Shown here one piece after another: positions 45,842 to 56,049 of a stretch of 64,000 nt of DNA. The stretch's first letter is position 1. Each line of letters opens with the position of its first letter. The notes under the pieces were generated by a model. The model worked only from the letters and a program-made list of their open reading frames with translations. It was not told where the DNA came from and made no database searches. A program made the translations under genes and the position numbers. The stretch spans positions 640,001 through 704,000 of the forward strand of contig CAXXRD010000001.1 of NCBI GenBank assembly GCA_963663895.2, given 5' to 3'. The DNA comes from Dehalococcoidia bacterium (GTDB lineage: Bacteria; Chloroflexota; Dehalococcoidia; Bin125).

Positions 45842-46900
45842 ATGGGCCTGTTTGCAGCGATGGAGAACCTCGACCACGAAGAGGTCGTCTTTCACCGCGA
45901 CGCGGCGGCGGGGCTGTCGGTCATCGTGGCGATTCATTCGAGCGTTCTGGGGCCGGCGCTGGGCGGCACCCGCTGGCATCCGTACGCCTCCGAGGAGGAG
46001 GCGCTGGAGGACGTGCTGCGGCTCTCCTCCGCCATGACCTACAAGTCGGCGGCGGCCAACCTGCCCTTCGGCGGCGGCAAGGCGGCCGTGATCGGCGACC
46101 CGGGCGGCAAGACGCCCGCGCAGCTGCGGGCCTACGGCCGCTTCATCGACTCGCTCAACGGGCGCTACATCACCACCACCGACGTGGGCACCACCACGGC
46201 CGAGATAGACATCGTCGCCGGCGAGACCCGCTTCGTGGTCGGCACGTCGCCCGAGCGCGGCGGCAGCGGCGATACCTCCGTGCTGACGGCGGCCACGGTC
46301 GTGCAGGGGATGCGCGCGGCGCTGCGGGTCGCCTTCGACGACGAATCCTTCGCGGGCAGGCGCGTCGTCGTCGTGGGCGTGGGCAAGGTGGGCGGGCGGG
46401 TCGCCCGGCACCTCGCCGAGCAGGGCGCGGATCTCGTCCTCAGCGACATCCGCGCCGAGGCCGCCGCACGGCTGGCGGCGGAGATCGGCGCCGCCACGGT
46501 CGGGCTGAACCAGGCCTACACGACTGCATGCGACATCCTCTCGCCCAACGCCCTCGGCCGGGTCCTCACCCCCGCGTCGATCCCGGCGCTCCGCTGCCGC
46601 GTCATCTGCGGCGGAGCCAACAACCAGCTCGCCAACGACCCAGCCGACGCGGCGCTGCTCAAGGAGCGCGGCATCCTCTACGCGCCCGACTACGTGATCA
46701 ACTCGGGCGGGGTCATCAACGTGGCGATGGAGATCGAGGGGTACGACGCCGCCCGCGCCCGCCGGCTCGCCGACGGCGTGTACGAGACCACGCTCCGCAT
46801 CCTACGCGCGGCCAAGCGCGAAGAGACCTCCACCGCGGAGGCCGCCGCCCGGCTCGTCCGGGAGCGATTGGCCGGGGTAGGCGCCGAACGCGCCAGCTAG
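45842..46900 (+). CDS. Leu/Phe/Val dehydrogenase
   Basis: HEEVVF, GPALGGTR, MTYKSA, GGGKA, GVGKVG, GGANNQL, PDYVINSGG. Confidence 0.9.
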   Translation: MGLFAAMENLDHEEVVFHRDAAAGLSVIVAIHSSVLGPALGGTRWHPYASEEEALEDVLRLSSAMTYKSAAANLPFGGGKAAVIGDPGGKTPAQLRAYGRFIDSLNGRYITTTDVGTTTAEIDIVAGETRFVVGTSPERGGSGDTSVLTAATVVQGMRAALRVAFDDESFAGRRVVVVGVGKVGGRVARHLAEQGADLVLSDIRAEAAARLAAEIGAATVGLNQAYTTACDILSPNALGRVLTPASIPALRCRVICGGANNQLANDPADAALLKERGILYAPDYVINSGGVINVAMEIEGYDAARARRLADGVYETTLRILRAAKREETSTAEAAARLVRERLAGVGAERAS

Positions 46901-46946
46901 ACGGGAACGCCTCCACGAAATCCGCGGCGAAGCGCGCAGCGCCGCC

Positions 46947-48110
46947 CTAGGGCGCCGCCGCGCGAAACTCCCCGCACTCCCCGACCGCGCCCGAGCGGTA
47001 GCGGGCGAGCTGATCGCGATCGAGCTGAACGCCCAACCCCGGTGCCGCGGGCAGGCGCATCATGCCGGCCTCGATAGGCAGGGAGCGCCGCACCAGATCC
47101 GCCGCCAGCAGCGACGCCGTCGCGAGTCCGCAGGCCGGGGCCGGAGCCGGCAACATCGCCGCCAGCTGCAGGGCGGCGGCCGTGCCGATAGCGGTATCGA
47201 TCGTCGTCGTGACGACGGCGGCCGCACCCGCGTTTCGGGCGAGCCGCGCGATCTCGGCGGCCGGCCGCAGTCCGCCCAGCGACATCGGCTTGAGCACCAG
47301 TAGGTCGGCCGCGCCCGCCTGGAGCAGCACCCGCGCCGCAGCGGCGTCGCCGACGCTCTCGTCCGCGGCGATCCGGAGGCGCGTTTCCCGGCGCACCGCC
47401 GCGAGTCCGGCGACATCCGCGACCGGTTGCTCCACCCATTCGAGATCGTACCTCGCCAGCGCGGAGAGCATCGCGATCGCTTCAGCGACCGTCCAGGCGC
47501 CGTTGGCGTCCAGGCGCAAGCGCACCGCCGGCCCGAGCGCCTCGCGGGCCGCCGCGACCCGCAGCCGTTCGGCTTCGAACGTGTCCGCCACTCCGACCTT
47601 CAGCTTCACGGCGGGGTAGCCGGCGGCCCGCGCACGCGCGCCGGCGGCCCGGACATCCTCGGGCGCGCCCGCGCCGATGATGGCGTTGACCGGAACGGCA
47701 GCCGCGGTCCGACCGCCGTACTCCCGCACGAGTTGCGCGGCCACCGGCAGGCCCGCCGCCCGGCTCGTTAGGTCGAGCTGGGCGACATCGAGCGCGCAGC
47801 GGACCGCTTGCCTCCCCGGCCGCTCGGGCAGGGCATCGAGCCGTTCCCGTGCGGAGATCCAGTCCGCGCCCACCAGGAGCGGCCCGATCTCGCGCAGCAG
47901 GTCGGCGGCAGCCGGGGCGCCGCCTTCCGCCCGCTCCGGCAACGGCGAGGCCTCTCCCAGGCCGCAGGCGCTGCGGTCGCTCTGGAGCTCAACGATGAGA
48001 CCCTCGCGCGCCTTCAAGGGCGCGCCGGGCGCCGACCCGATCGAAAACTCCTGGGCGAAGGGAACCCGAAAGGGCGTCCAGCGAATGCCAGCGATGCGCT
48101 CGGGCACCAC
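46947..48110 (-). CDS. menC: o-succinylbenzoate synthase
   Basis: Enolase superfamily: GEASPLP, KLKVG, LDANG, EQP, ADES, LKPM; directly downstream of menD. Confidence 0.85.
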   Translation of the reverse strand: MVPERIAGIRWTPFRVPFAQEFSIGSAPGAPLKAREGLIVELQSDRSACGLGEASPLPERAEGGAPAAADLLREIGPLLVGADWISARERLDALPERPGRQAVRCALDVAQLDLTSRAAGLPVAAQLVREYGGRTAAAVPVNAIIGAGAPEDVRAAGARARAAGYPAVKLKVGVADTFEAERLRVAAAREALGPAVRLRLDANGAWTVAEAIAMLSALARYDLEWVEQPVADVAGLAAVRRETRLRIAADESVGDAAAARVLLQAGAADLLVLKPMSLGGLRPAAEIARLARNAGAAAVVTTTIDTAIGTAAALQLAAMLPAPAPACGLATASLLAADLVRRSLPIEAGMMRLPAAPGLGVQLDRDQLARYRSGAVGECGEFRAAAP

Positions 48111-48125
48111 GCCTCCTCGGCGGCG

Positions 48126-49904
48126 CTAGAGGCTGCCCTTCGCCGCCAGCGCCGCGCGCGCGCGCGCGCCGGCGGCCGACCACAGGCGGCGATGGAGTGC
48201 GACGTTCGCCTCACGGTCGCTTGGCACCTCGATCAGCTGCACGCCCGGGCTTCGCAGGGAGTCGGCGAGGGCCGCGTCGAAGGACGCGACATCGTGCGCG
48301 CGCGTGTGGGCGAGTCCGTACAGCGCCGCCACCCGGGCGAAGTCGAGCCCGTGCGGCGTGCCGAACAGCTCTTCGAAGTGCTCGACGGCGGTTGCCTGGG
48401 GCAAGAAGGAGAAGATGCCGCCGCCGCCGTTGTTGAGAAGCACGACGGTAGCGCCGACCTCGCGCTCGCGCGCGGCCAGCAAACCGTTCATGTCGTGGTA
48501 GAGCGAGAGGTCGCCGATCAGCAACACCAGCGGCCCTTCGCCCACGGCGGCCGCCCCCAGCGCCGCCGAGACCACGCCGTCGATGCCACTCACGCCACGC
48601 TGCCCAAGGAAGCGCACGGCGGCGCGGCGGCATGGGAAGAAAGTGTCGATGTCGCGCACCGGCAGGCTGTTGCCGGCGAAGAGCGTGGTCCCGTCCGGGA
48701 GAGCGGCGGCGACGCGCGTCACCGCCTGCGGCTCGGAGAGCACGCGCTCCTCGCTCAGGGTCTCGGCGACGGCCTCTCGTCCGGCGGCGGCGGCGATCCG
48801 CCAGCGCTCAACCCACTCCGGCGAGCCGCCGCGACCGCCCCCCGCCGCGGCGGCGGCCAGCAGCGCCTCGCAGAGGCTGCGCGCGTCGGTGTGCAGGGCG
48901 GCGGCAGCGGACAGCGTGGGATCGTTCCAGCCGTCCTCGTCCGTCACAACGATCTGCTCGATCGAGGTGTCGCCGAGGAAGTCGAGCAGCGGCCGCGAGG
49001 TGGGGGTCGCCCCGAAGCGCAGAACCACACGCGGCCGCAGCGCCTCGGCGACCGCGGGATCGCGCAGGAAGGCATCGTAGCCATCGATCACGTGCTCCAG
49101 CGAGTGGGGCCCGCACCGCGCCTGCGACAGCGAATCCGCGAGCACCGGCATCACCAGCGCCGCCGCCAGCTCAGCGACCACGGCGGGAAAGTCCGGATCC
49201 CCTTGCGGGCCGCACACGATCAACCCCCGCTCCGATCGCAGGCGGTCCAGCAGCGCCAGCGTCTGATCCGGCGTGGGGCGGCGCTCGGTGTGCGTGATCG
49301 CCAGATCGGGCAGCGCGCCGGCTTCGGCGCCCGCGCGCGCCGCGGGGACAAGCGGCTCCCGGAACGGCATGTTGATATGGACGGGCCCGGCCGGCGTCGC
49401 GGCAGCCAGCGCCGCCGCGCGGGCGGCCGTCGCGCCGGCGTAGCGGCGCAGATGAGCCCCGCCCTCTGGAAGGGCAAGCTCGATGAACCGCTTGACCGTT
49501 GATCCGTACAGGCCGATCTGGTCCATCGTCTGATTCGCGCCCACGCTCCGCAGCTCGTGCGGCCGGTCGGCCGTGAGCACCAGCAGCGGCACGCGCCCCT
49601 GGCGCGCCTCCGCGACCGCGGGAGCGAAGTTCAGCGCGGCCGTTCCCGATGTCGAAACCACCGCGACCGGTTCGCGGCCCGCTTTGGCGATCCCGAGGGC
49701 GAAGAACGCTGCGGACCGCTCATCGAGATGCATCCATAAGCGGACGGCGGGATGGCGGCGCAGAGCGAGCAGCAGCGGCGTCGAGCGGGAGCCGGGACAG
49801 GCGCAAGCATGGCGCACGCCGGCCTGCACCAGCCCGTTCACGAACGCCTCGACGTAGCCGGCGAGAACGGTTCCCGGGTCGTCCCCTTGTGCCGCTAGGG
49901 ACAT
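48126..49904 (-). CDS. menD: SEPHCHC synthase
   Basis: CPGSRSTPL, DERSAAFFALG, TSGTA, GPVHIN, RGVSGIDG, GDLSLYHD, NNGGGGIF. Confidence 0.95.
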   Translation of the reverse strand: MSLAAQGDDPGTVLAGYVEAFVNGLVQAGVRHACACPGSRSTPLLLALRRHPAVRLWMHLDERSAAFFALGIAKAGREPVAVVSTSGTAALNFAPAVAEARQGRVPLLVLTADRPHELRSVGANQTMDQIGLYGSTVKRFIELALPEGGAHLRRYAGATAARAAALAAATPAGPVHINMPFREPLVPAARAGAEAGALPDLAITHTERRPTPDQTLALLDRLRSERGLIVCGPQGDPDFPAVVAELAAALVMPVLADSLSQARCGPHSLEHVIDGYDAFLRDPAVAEALRPRVVLRFGATPTSRPLLDFLGDTSIEQIVVTDEDGWNDPTLSAAAALHTDARSLCEALLAAAAAGGGRGGSPEWVERWRIAAAAGREAVAETLSEERVLSEPQAVTRVAAALPDGTTLFAGNSLPVRDIDTFFPCRRAAVRFLGQRGVSGIDGVVSAALGAAAVGEGPLVLLIGDLSLYHDMNGLLAAREREVGATVVLLNNGGGGIFSFLPQATAVEHFEELFGTPHGLDFARVAALYGLAHTRAHDVASFDAALADSLRSPGVQLIEVPSDREANVALHRRLWSAAGARARAALAAKGSL

Positions 49905-51298
49905 CCCAGCGCCCAGCGCATCGACTGCATTTTGAGGCGGGATTCCTCGTACTCGCGTGCGGGTTCCGACCCCGCCACGATTCCGCAGCCCGCATACAGG
50001 CGGGCACGGGTTCCGTTGATCAGCGCCGACCGAATCGCGACGACGAACTCCCCGTCTCCGCGGGCGTCCATCCAGCCCAGTGGTCCGCCGAACCAGCCAC
50101 GGTCGAAGGGCTCCGCGCGCCGCAACAACCGCTGCGCCCGCTCGCGGGGGACCCCGCCGACCGCCGGCGTGGGGTGCAGACGCAGCGCCACATCAAGCGC
50201 GGTCGCCGGGCCGTCGAGCGCGCCCCTGATCTCCGTGTACAGGTGCTGCACATTCGCCAGGCGCAAGAGCGACGGCGCGCTATCGGCGCGCAGTTCGCTG
50301 CAGAGCGGCCGCAGTCCGTCTTCCAGAGCACGCACCACGAGCGCATGCTCATGCTGCTCCTTGGAGTCCGCCAGCAGCTCCGCGCTCAAGGCCGCATCGC
50401 GGGCGGGATCGGCGGCGCGCGGCGCGGACCCCGCGACAGCCGCCGTTCGCACGATCCCCTCTCGCTGGGTGACCAGCAGCTCCGGCGTGGCGCCGATGAA
50501 ACAGCCAGCGCCGCGATCGATCGCGAACACGGTGCAGTCCCCGTAGCGCGACCTGAGCCGCCGAAGGGCAGCAGGCAAGTCGAACGGGCGCTCCGCCTCC
50601 AACTGTTGGCAGCGCGCGAGCACGAGCTTGTCGACCTCGCCGGCATCGATCGCGCCGACCATGCCCCCTGCCAGCTCACGCCAACGCGGGGGCGTCGGCT
50701 CCTCCATCGTGCGGAGAATGGCCGCCGTGGACGGAGCACCGGCCTCCAGGCAGGCCTGGTCTGCACCAAGACACTCATCAAGACGATCGAGGAGACGCAA
50801 GAGATTCGGCGCCGCGGCGCCCGCCGCGTCGGGAAGGAACTGCAGTTGCAGGAAGCGTGCAGATCCCCGCTGCACGGCGACCAGACGCGGAACGAAGGCG
50901 GCCCGCCGGGGCCATCCCTCCCAAGCACCATCGGGCGCCCGCTCCGGGTCGAAGGCGGCGCCGGTGAAAGAGAGCGGCCCCGGCTTCACTGGAGCAGCCC
51001 GAGCGTCCTTCGTCAGATCGAGCCAGAGGTCGGATGGGGACACGCCCCTTCGCTCGGGCAGAGTCTCGAGCCCGACGCCGGCGATCGCGATTGCGCCGCC
51101 GGGGCTGCGCCAATAGAGACGCTCCAGACCGGCCGCCTGCTCGAACAAGGCCAAGGGCTCGAACTCCGGCGCGGGCGCGGCCAGCGTGACGAGCGCATCC
51201 CGAGAGGCGGCCCGAGCACAATCGCTCGCCTCCCAAGCGGCGAGCCGCTCGCGAAGGGCCCTCAATCCGGTGCTGGCGGTGAGCATTGTGGCTGGCAT
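49895..51298 (-). CDS. menF: Isochorismate synthase
   Basis: KLVLAR, GATPELL, KEQHEH, VQHL, LHPTPAVGG, AGCGIV. Confidence 0.9.
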   Translation of the reverse strand: MPATMLTASTGLRALRERLAAWEASDCARAASRDALVTLAAPAPEFEPLALFEQAAGLERLYWRSPGGAIAIAGVGLETLPERRGVSPSDLWLDLTKDARAAPVKPGPLSFTGAAFDPERAPDGAWEGWPRRAAFVPRLVAVQRGSARFLQLQFLPDAAGAAAPNLLRLLDRLDECLGADQACLEAGAPSTAAILRTMEEPTPPRWRELAGGMVGAIDAGEVDKLVLARCQQLEAERPFDLPAALRRLRSRYGDCTVFAIDRGAGCFIGATPELLVTQREGIVRTAAVAGSAPRAADPARDAALSAELLADSKEQHEHALVVRALEDGLRPLCSELRADSAPSLLRLANVQHLYTEIRGALDGPATALDVALRLHPTPAVGGVPRERAQRLLRRAEPFDRGWFGGPLGWMDARGDGEFVVAIRSALINGTRARLYAGCGIVAGSEPAREYEESRLKMQSMRWALGCP

Positions 51299-51299
51299 C

Positions 51300-51335
51300 T
51301 CAAAACCGACTGAACCGTCGGTTTTGACGCTAGCA
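51300..51335 (-). promoter_or_regulatory. menF promoter (extended -10 TGCTAGCGT) and palindromic operator
   Basis: TCAAAACCGAC-TGAACC-GTCGGTTTTGA 11-bp inverted repeat at 51300-51327; a second copy lies at 63676-63697. Confidence 0.75.
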
Positions 51336-51469
51336 AACCGCTCCGGGGGCAACAAGACGCGGCCCGCCGCCGCACGAGAGCGGGCGCGGCGCCCTCGTAT
51401 ACTGATGCGCGTTCGGCATGTCTAGAGGCCGTCCGCAAGCCGGACGGGCCTTTCCCGAAAGGAGCGGCC

Positions 51470-52240
51470 ATGGCCGCCGTCCCCGGCGAGGTGCAAGACC
51501 TCAGCCAGATCGAAACCAGCTCCACTACCTATGAGAGCGACGGGGCCTCGATCGAGGCCTATCTCGCACGGCCACGGGGCGGGGGCTCCGGCGGCGGCAT
51601 CATCGTGATTCATGAGGCGTTCGGGCCCGTCGAGCACATCCACGACATCGCGCGGCGCTTCGCCAACATCGGCTACACGGCGATCGCGCCGAACCTCTAC
51701 AGCCGCATGGGGGCGCCGGACGTGGACGACATGCAGTCCGTGTTCACGAAGATGTTCGGCCTCCCCGACCCGCAGGTGGTGCGCGACTTGGAGGGCGCGG
51801 CGGCGCTGCTGCGCGGCCAGCCGGGAAGTAACGGCAAGGTGGGCTGCATCGGCTTCTGCTCGGGCGGGCGGCAGACGCTGCTCTACGCCTGCTCCAGCGA
51901 CACCGTCGACGCAGCGGTGGATTGCTGGGGCGGTTTCATCCGCCGCGCCAACCAGGACGCCGTCACCACTCCCGAGCGCCCGACCCCCATCCTCGACCTC
52001 GTCGACCAGCTCCACTGCCCCCTCTACGCCGTCTTCGGCGGCCATGATCAGAACCCCACGCCCACCGACGCGCGTGAGATAGAGGCGCGGCTACAGCGGG
52101 CGCGGAAAACCTCCACCGTGGAAGTGTTCGAAGAGGCCGGGCATGCGTTCCTCGCGGACTACCGTCCCAGCTACCACGAGAGCGCCGCCTTCGCGCTTTG
52201 GCCGAAGATCGTGGCCTTCTTCGAGACGCATCTCCGCTAG
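51470..52240 (+). CDS. Dienelactone hydrolase family protein
   Basis: IHEAFG, GFCSGG, GGHD, AGHAF. Confidence 0.92.
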   Translation: MAAVPGEVQDLSQIETSSTTYESDGASIEAYLARPRGGGSGGGIIVIHEAFGPVEHIHDIARRFANIGYTAIAPNLYSRMGAPDVDDMQSVFTKMFGLPDPQVVRDLEGAAALLRGQPGSNGKVGCIGFCSGGRQTLLYACSSDTVDAAVDCWGGFIRRANQDAVTTPERPTPILDLVDQLHCPLYAVFGGHDQNPTPTDAREIEARLQRARKTSTVEVFEEAGHAFLADYRPSYHESAAFALWPKIVAFFETHLR

Positions 52241-52647
52241 CGATCGAGCGGGCGGGCGAAGCTGAGCTCGTGGCCGTCGGGATCGGTGACGTGAAAATAG
52301 CGCTCGCCCCAGCTCGCGTCGCGCGGCTCGGTATCGGTCTGCACGCCGGCAGCGGCGGCCCGGCGATAGAAGGCGTCGACATCGGAGACGTAGAACACGA
52401 TCCGCCCCCACCAGCTCCAGCGGCGCTCCGCCGGCTGAGCCGTCAGGTTGAGATAGCCGCTCTCCAGCGCGAAGCTCGTGAAGCGCTCCGCCTCGCCGCC
52501 GTACAGCAAGGTGAAGCCCAAGGCGCGATAGAAGCGCACCGCGCCGACCATGTCGTGCGTCGCCAGCGTCACGGCGCTCACGCACGTGACCGTGGGCCGC
52601 GCTTCGCCGGCAGCGGATTCAGTCGGGTCGGACGCTTCCATAGCCAC
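52237..52647 (-). CDS. VOC/glyoxalase family protein
   Basis: AVTLATHDM..FYRALGF, PRDASWGERYFHVTDPDGHELSF; start GTG 52647 or ATG 52641. Confidence 0.88.
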   Translation of the reverse strand: MAMEASDPTESAAGEARPTVTCVSAVTLATHDMVGAVRFYRALGFTLLYGGEAERFTSFALESGYLNLTAQPAERRWSWWGRIVFYVSDVDAFYRRAAAAGVQTDTEPRDASWGERYFHVTDPDGHELSFARPLDR

Positions 52648-52672
52648 GATGCGATCATAGGACAGCATCCGC

Positions 52673-53863
52673 GTGCCGTCTGACGGGCTCCCGGCGCGGG
52701 CCGAGATCGTCATCGCCGGCGGCGGCGTGATCGGACTGGCGACCGCGCTCGAACTCCTGAAAAGAGAGCGGGAGGTGTTGATCGTCGAGCGATCGCGGCC
52801 CGGCGCCGGCGCCAGCACGGTGGCGGCGGGCCTGCTGGCTCCCACAGCCGCGGCCGACCTGGCCGAGCCGCGGCTCATCGACTTCGCCCTGGACAGCCTG
52901 CGGCGCTACCCCGCCTTCGTCGCGGAGATCGAACGGATCAGCGGCCAGCGCTGCGAGCTGCGCGACCAGGGATCGCTCTGGCCCGCCTTCACATCGCACG
53001 ACGAAGCCAAGCTGGACGAGCTGGCGGCGCAGCATCGCCGGCGCGGGATCACATCGATGCGGCTGACGGCGGAGGAGCTGCGCGCGTACGCGCCGCAGCT
53101 CGCGGCAGCGACGCGCAGCGGCCTGCACGTCAAGGACGACCTCCGCCTCGATCCGCGACGGCTCGTGCAAAGTCTGGCCGGGGCGGTCCGGGAGCGCGGC
53201 GGGAAAATCCGCAGCGGCTACGCGGTCCGCGAGATCGTCCTTGCAGGCGGCGCGGTGCAGGCCGTCCGCACGACCGACGACGCCGGCCGGGACCACACGG
53301 TTCCCTGCGATGTCGCGGTGCTGGCCGCGGGCGCCTGGGCCACGGCCTCCCTCCGCTCGCCGTTGACGGCGGCGCCCGTGCGCCCGGTCAAGGGTCAGAT
53401 CGTGCGCCTGCGCGGCGCCACCTTGATTCAGCACGCCCTGCGCACGCCCGGGATATACCTCGTGCCGCGGGACGACGGGGAGCTGATCATCGGCGGCACG
53501 ATCGAGGAGCAGGGATTCGACCAGGCGCCCACCGCGGGCGCCGTGGCCGGCCTCCTCGATCGCGCCAGGGCGGTCGTGCCGGCGATCGACGATCTCGTGA
53601 TCAGCGAGCTCTCCGTGGGCCTGCGCCCGGCGCTGCCCGACTACCTGCCCGCCGTCGGACCCACCGGCGCCGCCGGCTTCTACGCGGCGGTCGGCCACTT
53701 CCGCAGTGGCATCCTCCTCGCCCCGGCGACGGCGCACTACCTCGCGGAGGCGATCGTCTCTGGCACCGTGCCCTCCGCGCTGGACTCGCTCAGCCCCGAT
53801 CGCCTGGGCGGGGAGAGCACGCCGGCGCCCCTGCCCGGAGCGACCGGCGAAGCGGTGCGCTAG
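52673..53863 (+). CDS. thiO: Glycine oxidase ThiO-like FAD-dependent oxidoreductase
   Basis: GGGVIG, ASTVAAGLLAP, PVKGQ, YLVPR, GLRP, GHFRSGILLAP. Confidence 0.8.
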   Translation: MPSDGLPARAEIVIAGGGVIGLATALELLKREREVLIVERSRPGAGASTVAAGLLAPTAAADLAEPRLIDFALDSLRRYPAFVAEIERISGQRCELRDQGSLWPAFTSHDEAKLDELAAQHRRRGITSMRLTAEELRAYAPQLAAATRSGLHVKDDLRLDPRRLVQSLAGAVRERGGKIRSGYAVREIVLAGGAVQAVRTTDDAGRDHTVPCDVAVLAAGAWATASLRSPLTAAPVRPVKGQIVRLRGATLIQHALRTPGIYLVPRDDGELIIGGTIEEQGFDQAPTAGAVAGLLDRARAVVPAIDDLVISELSVGLRPALPDYLPAVGPTGAAGFYAAVGHFRSGILLAPATAHYLAEAIVSGTVPSALDSLSPDRLGGESTPAPLPGATGEAVR

Positions 53864-54552
53864 TCCGGCGCTCCCTCGGCGGCGGCCTCGAAGCGGCGCA
53901 TAATGGCGACGCAGCGCTCGTCCGCAACCGGGCGAAAGTCCTCGTAGAACGCGCCCACCGCGACGAAGGGATCGGGCGTTACCACCGCCAGCACCCGCGC
54001 GTCCAGCCCTTCCAGCCGCGCCACCGCCTCCCGGGCCGCCACTGGGACCCCCACCACGACGGCCGCCGCGCCGGCCCGCCGCGCCGCCTCCACGGCCGCC
54101 GCCATCGTCGCGCCGGTGGCCAGCCCGTCGTCGACCAGCACGATGCGGCGGTCCGCAACCGGCGGCGCCGGGCGGGCGCCGCGATAGACCCGCTCGCGGC
54201 GCTCCACTTCGGCGAGCTCGTCCTGCCTCGCCCGCCGCAGGTCCTCCTCCGAGAGGCGGTGCGCGGCGAGCAGGGCACGGTTCCACGCAGATCCGAGACG
54301 CGTAACGGAGCCCAGCGCCAGCTCCGGCTGCCCCGGCGCGCCCACTTTGCGCGACACCAGCACGTCCAGCGGCAGAGCGAGCCGCTCGGCGACCGGCTCC
54401 GCCACCTCTAGCCCGCCGCGCGGGATCGCCAGCACGATCCCCGCCCCAACGCTGCGCTCCTGCAGCAGCGACGCCAGCGCCTCGCCCGCCGCGCGGCGAT
54501 CGCGGAAGATCGGGGGGCCGTCCGCCTCCCCTCCCAGCCATCGGCGCCACAT
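53860..54552 (-). CDS. Phosphoribosyltransferase family protein
   Basis: FRDRRAAG, LAIPRGG, RKVGAP..PELA, LVDDGLATGAT. Confidence 0.88.
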   Translation of the reverse strand: MWRRWLGGEADGPPIFRDRRAAGEALASLLQERSVGAGIVLAIPRGGLEVAEPVAERLALPLDVLVSRKVGAPGQPELALGSVTRLGSAWNRALLAAHRLSEEDLRRARQDELAEVERRERVYRGARPAPPVADRRIVLVDDGLATGATMAAAVEAARRAGAAAVVVGVPVAAREAVARLEGLDARVLAVVTPDPFVAVGAFYEDFRPVADERCVAIMRRFEAAAEGAPD

Positions 54553-54746
54553 ACGCGTCTCCTTGGCGCATAGCATCGCACGGCCGGGAGGCGTATCGAG
54601 GAGCGCGCTTCCCCTCGGCCGCCCAGGCTACGGTGACAGACTCTGCCTCCGGTCCGCTGGAGCAGCATCGCGCGACGGGGTCAGGTGGCACCCGTCTTAC
54701 CGTGCCCGGCCGGGCGAAGCAGCGACCACGCAGGCGGATGACTGCT

Positions 54747-55946
54747 TCAGTCGGTTGCGGTGGTCAACAGAGCGATGCTGGCCGTGAAGCCGTGGACGAA
54801 ATTGGCGCCGCCCACGGGGCCGATCTCGCCGTTACAGAAGAGACCGGCGGTGGGGATGGGACCGAGCGCGGCGGCGAGGGCTCCGGCGTCGTGGTGCGGC
54901 TCCCCGAACAGCCCCTGTCCGCGCCCGTTGCAGGCGCACAGCATCGCGCCCACCACTTGCTCTTCCTCCGCGAGCGCATCCTTCAGCGTAGCGAGCTGCG
55001 ACTGCAGGTCCGCATCGGCGGCCGCGGCGTCGCGGTACTGAAACTGGAAGGTCTGGCCCACGCGGGGGATCGCATTGATTGCGATGGCGCCGCTCTCCTG
55101 GTCGGCGCCCATGAGATTGCGAATCAGGAAATCCCCTTGGGCGTGCTCGTCGCGGTACTCGTCCATCGCTAGCCCCACCAAGAGGTTGCGCTGGGCGCGC
55201 TCCTGGGTCTCCGGGTCCAAGGCGCCGAGCGTCTCCCGCAGAACGTCCAGCGCCGGCCGCGATCCGACCGTCTGGATCACGTTCCGCTCGCAATCGGTGA
55301 TCGTCCAGGCCTGTCCGATCGGCGTCGCCCCCTGGGCGACGAGCGCGCGAAAGCCCACGGCGCCGCTCAACCCGAGCAGCACGGCGCCGGTTGCGTGGAC
55401 TTCGCCGTCCAGGAAGACGGCCGTGCCCTCGCGCTGGTTGTGCGCCGACGCCAGCCCACCCAAGACCGGCGTGCGCGGCCAGCGCCGCTCGATCGCGCCC
55501 ACCAGCGCGTCGGCATGCGTGCTGAAGGGGTCCGCGAGCGCCAGCCAGGCCGACATTTCCCCGTGGTCCCGGGCCCCGTCGAGCAGCGCCTCGACGCGGC
55601 TGTTCTCGGTCAGCGCCAGCGGCGTCAAGGTCGCGCCCGGCAACCGCAACGTCATCACCGCGACGGCGACCCCGTCCTCGGCCTCCAAGCCAGGCCCGAT
55701 CACGCTCTGCCCAGAGCAGCCGAGGAGATGCGAGGCCCCGGTGCCGCCGCGGACGCGCTCGACGACCGCGGCGTAGTCGTCGCCAAAGTGGGAATCGACG
55801 AAGAGGAGGGCGAGGTCGGGCGGGGCGCCGGGCCGGGGCAGCCCCGCGAGCGCGGCCTCCGTCGCTTCGTCCCAGGTCTCTCCCGTCCCCAGCGCTGCGG
55901 CCGCTCGATCGTTGGCAGCTCGCGCGACCGCGCCCGCCTGCTCCAT
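54747..55946 (-). CDS. FIST domain (N+C) sensory protein
   Basis: LLGCSG, LADPF, GGLAS, AQGATPIG, CNGRG, FCNGEIGP. Confidence 0.88.
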   Translation of the reverse strand: MEQAGAVARAANDRAAAALGTGETWDEATEAALAGLPRPGAPPDLALLFVDSHFGDDYAAVVERVRGGTGASHLLGCSGQSVIGPGLEAEDGVAVAVMTLRLPGATLTPLALTENSRVEALLDGARDHGEMSAWLALADPFSTHADALVGAIERRWPRTPVLGGLASAHNQREGTAVFLDGEVHATGAVLLGLSGAVGFRALVAQGATPIGQAWTITDCERNVIQTVGSRPALDVLRETLGALDPETQERAQRNLLVGLAMDEYRDEHAQGDFLIRNLMGADQESGAIAINAIPRVGQTFQFQYRDAAAADADLQSQLATLKDALAEEEQVVGAMLCACNGRGQGLFGEPHHDAGALAAALGPIPTAGLFCNGEIGPVGGANFVHGFTASIALLTTATD

Positions 55947-56049
55947 GGCTCCCCCTTGGATCGAATCCGCTGCTCGTCTGAGTGTAACCCTCGCCGGAGT
56001 GGCGGTGCATGCGCGTCGCACGGCTACGATGGTCTGGAGGGGAGAACGG

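Noticed and set aside
44300-46900. Overlapping long N-terminal extensions of the 703-aa and 477-aa ORFs
   Set aside because: True starts are 45712 (minus) and 45842 (plus); the extensions are mutual antisense shadows
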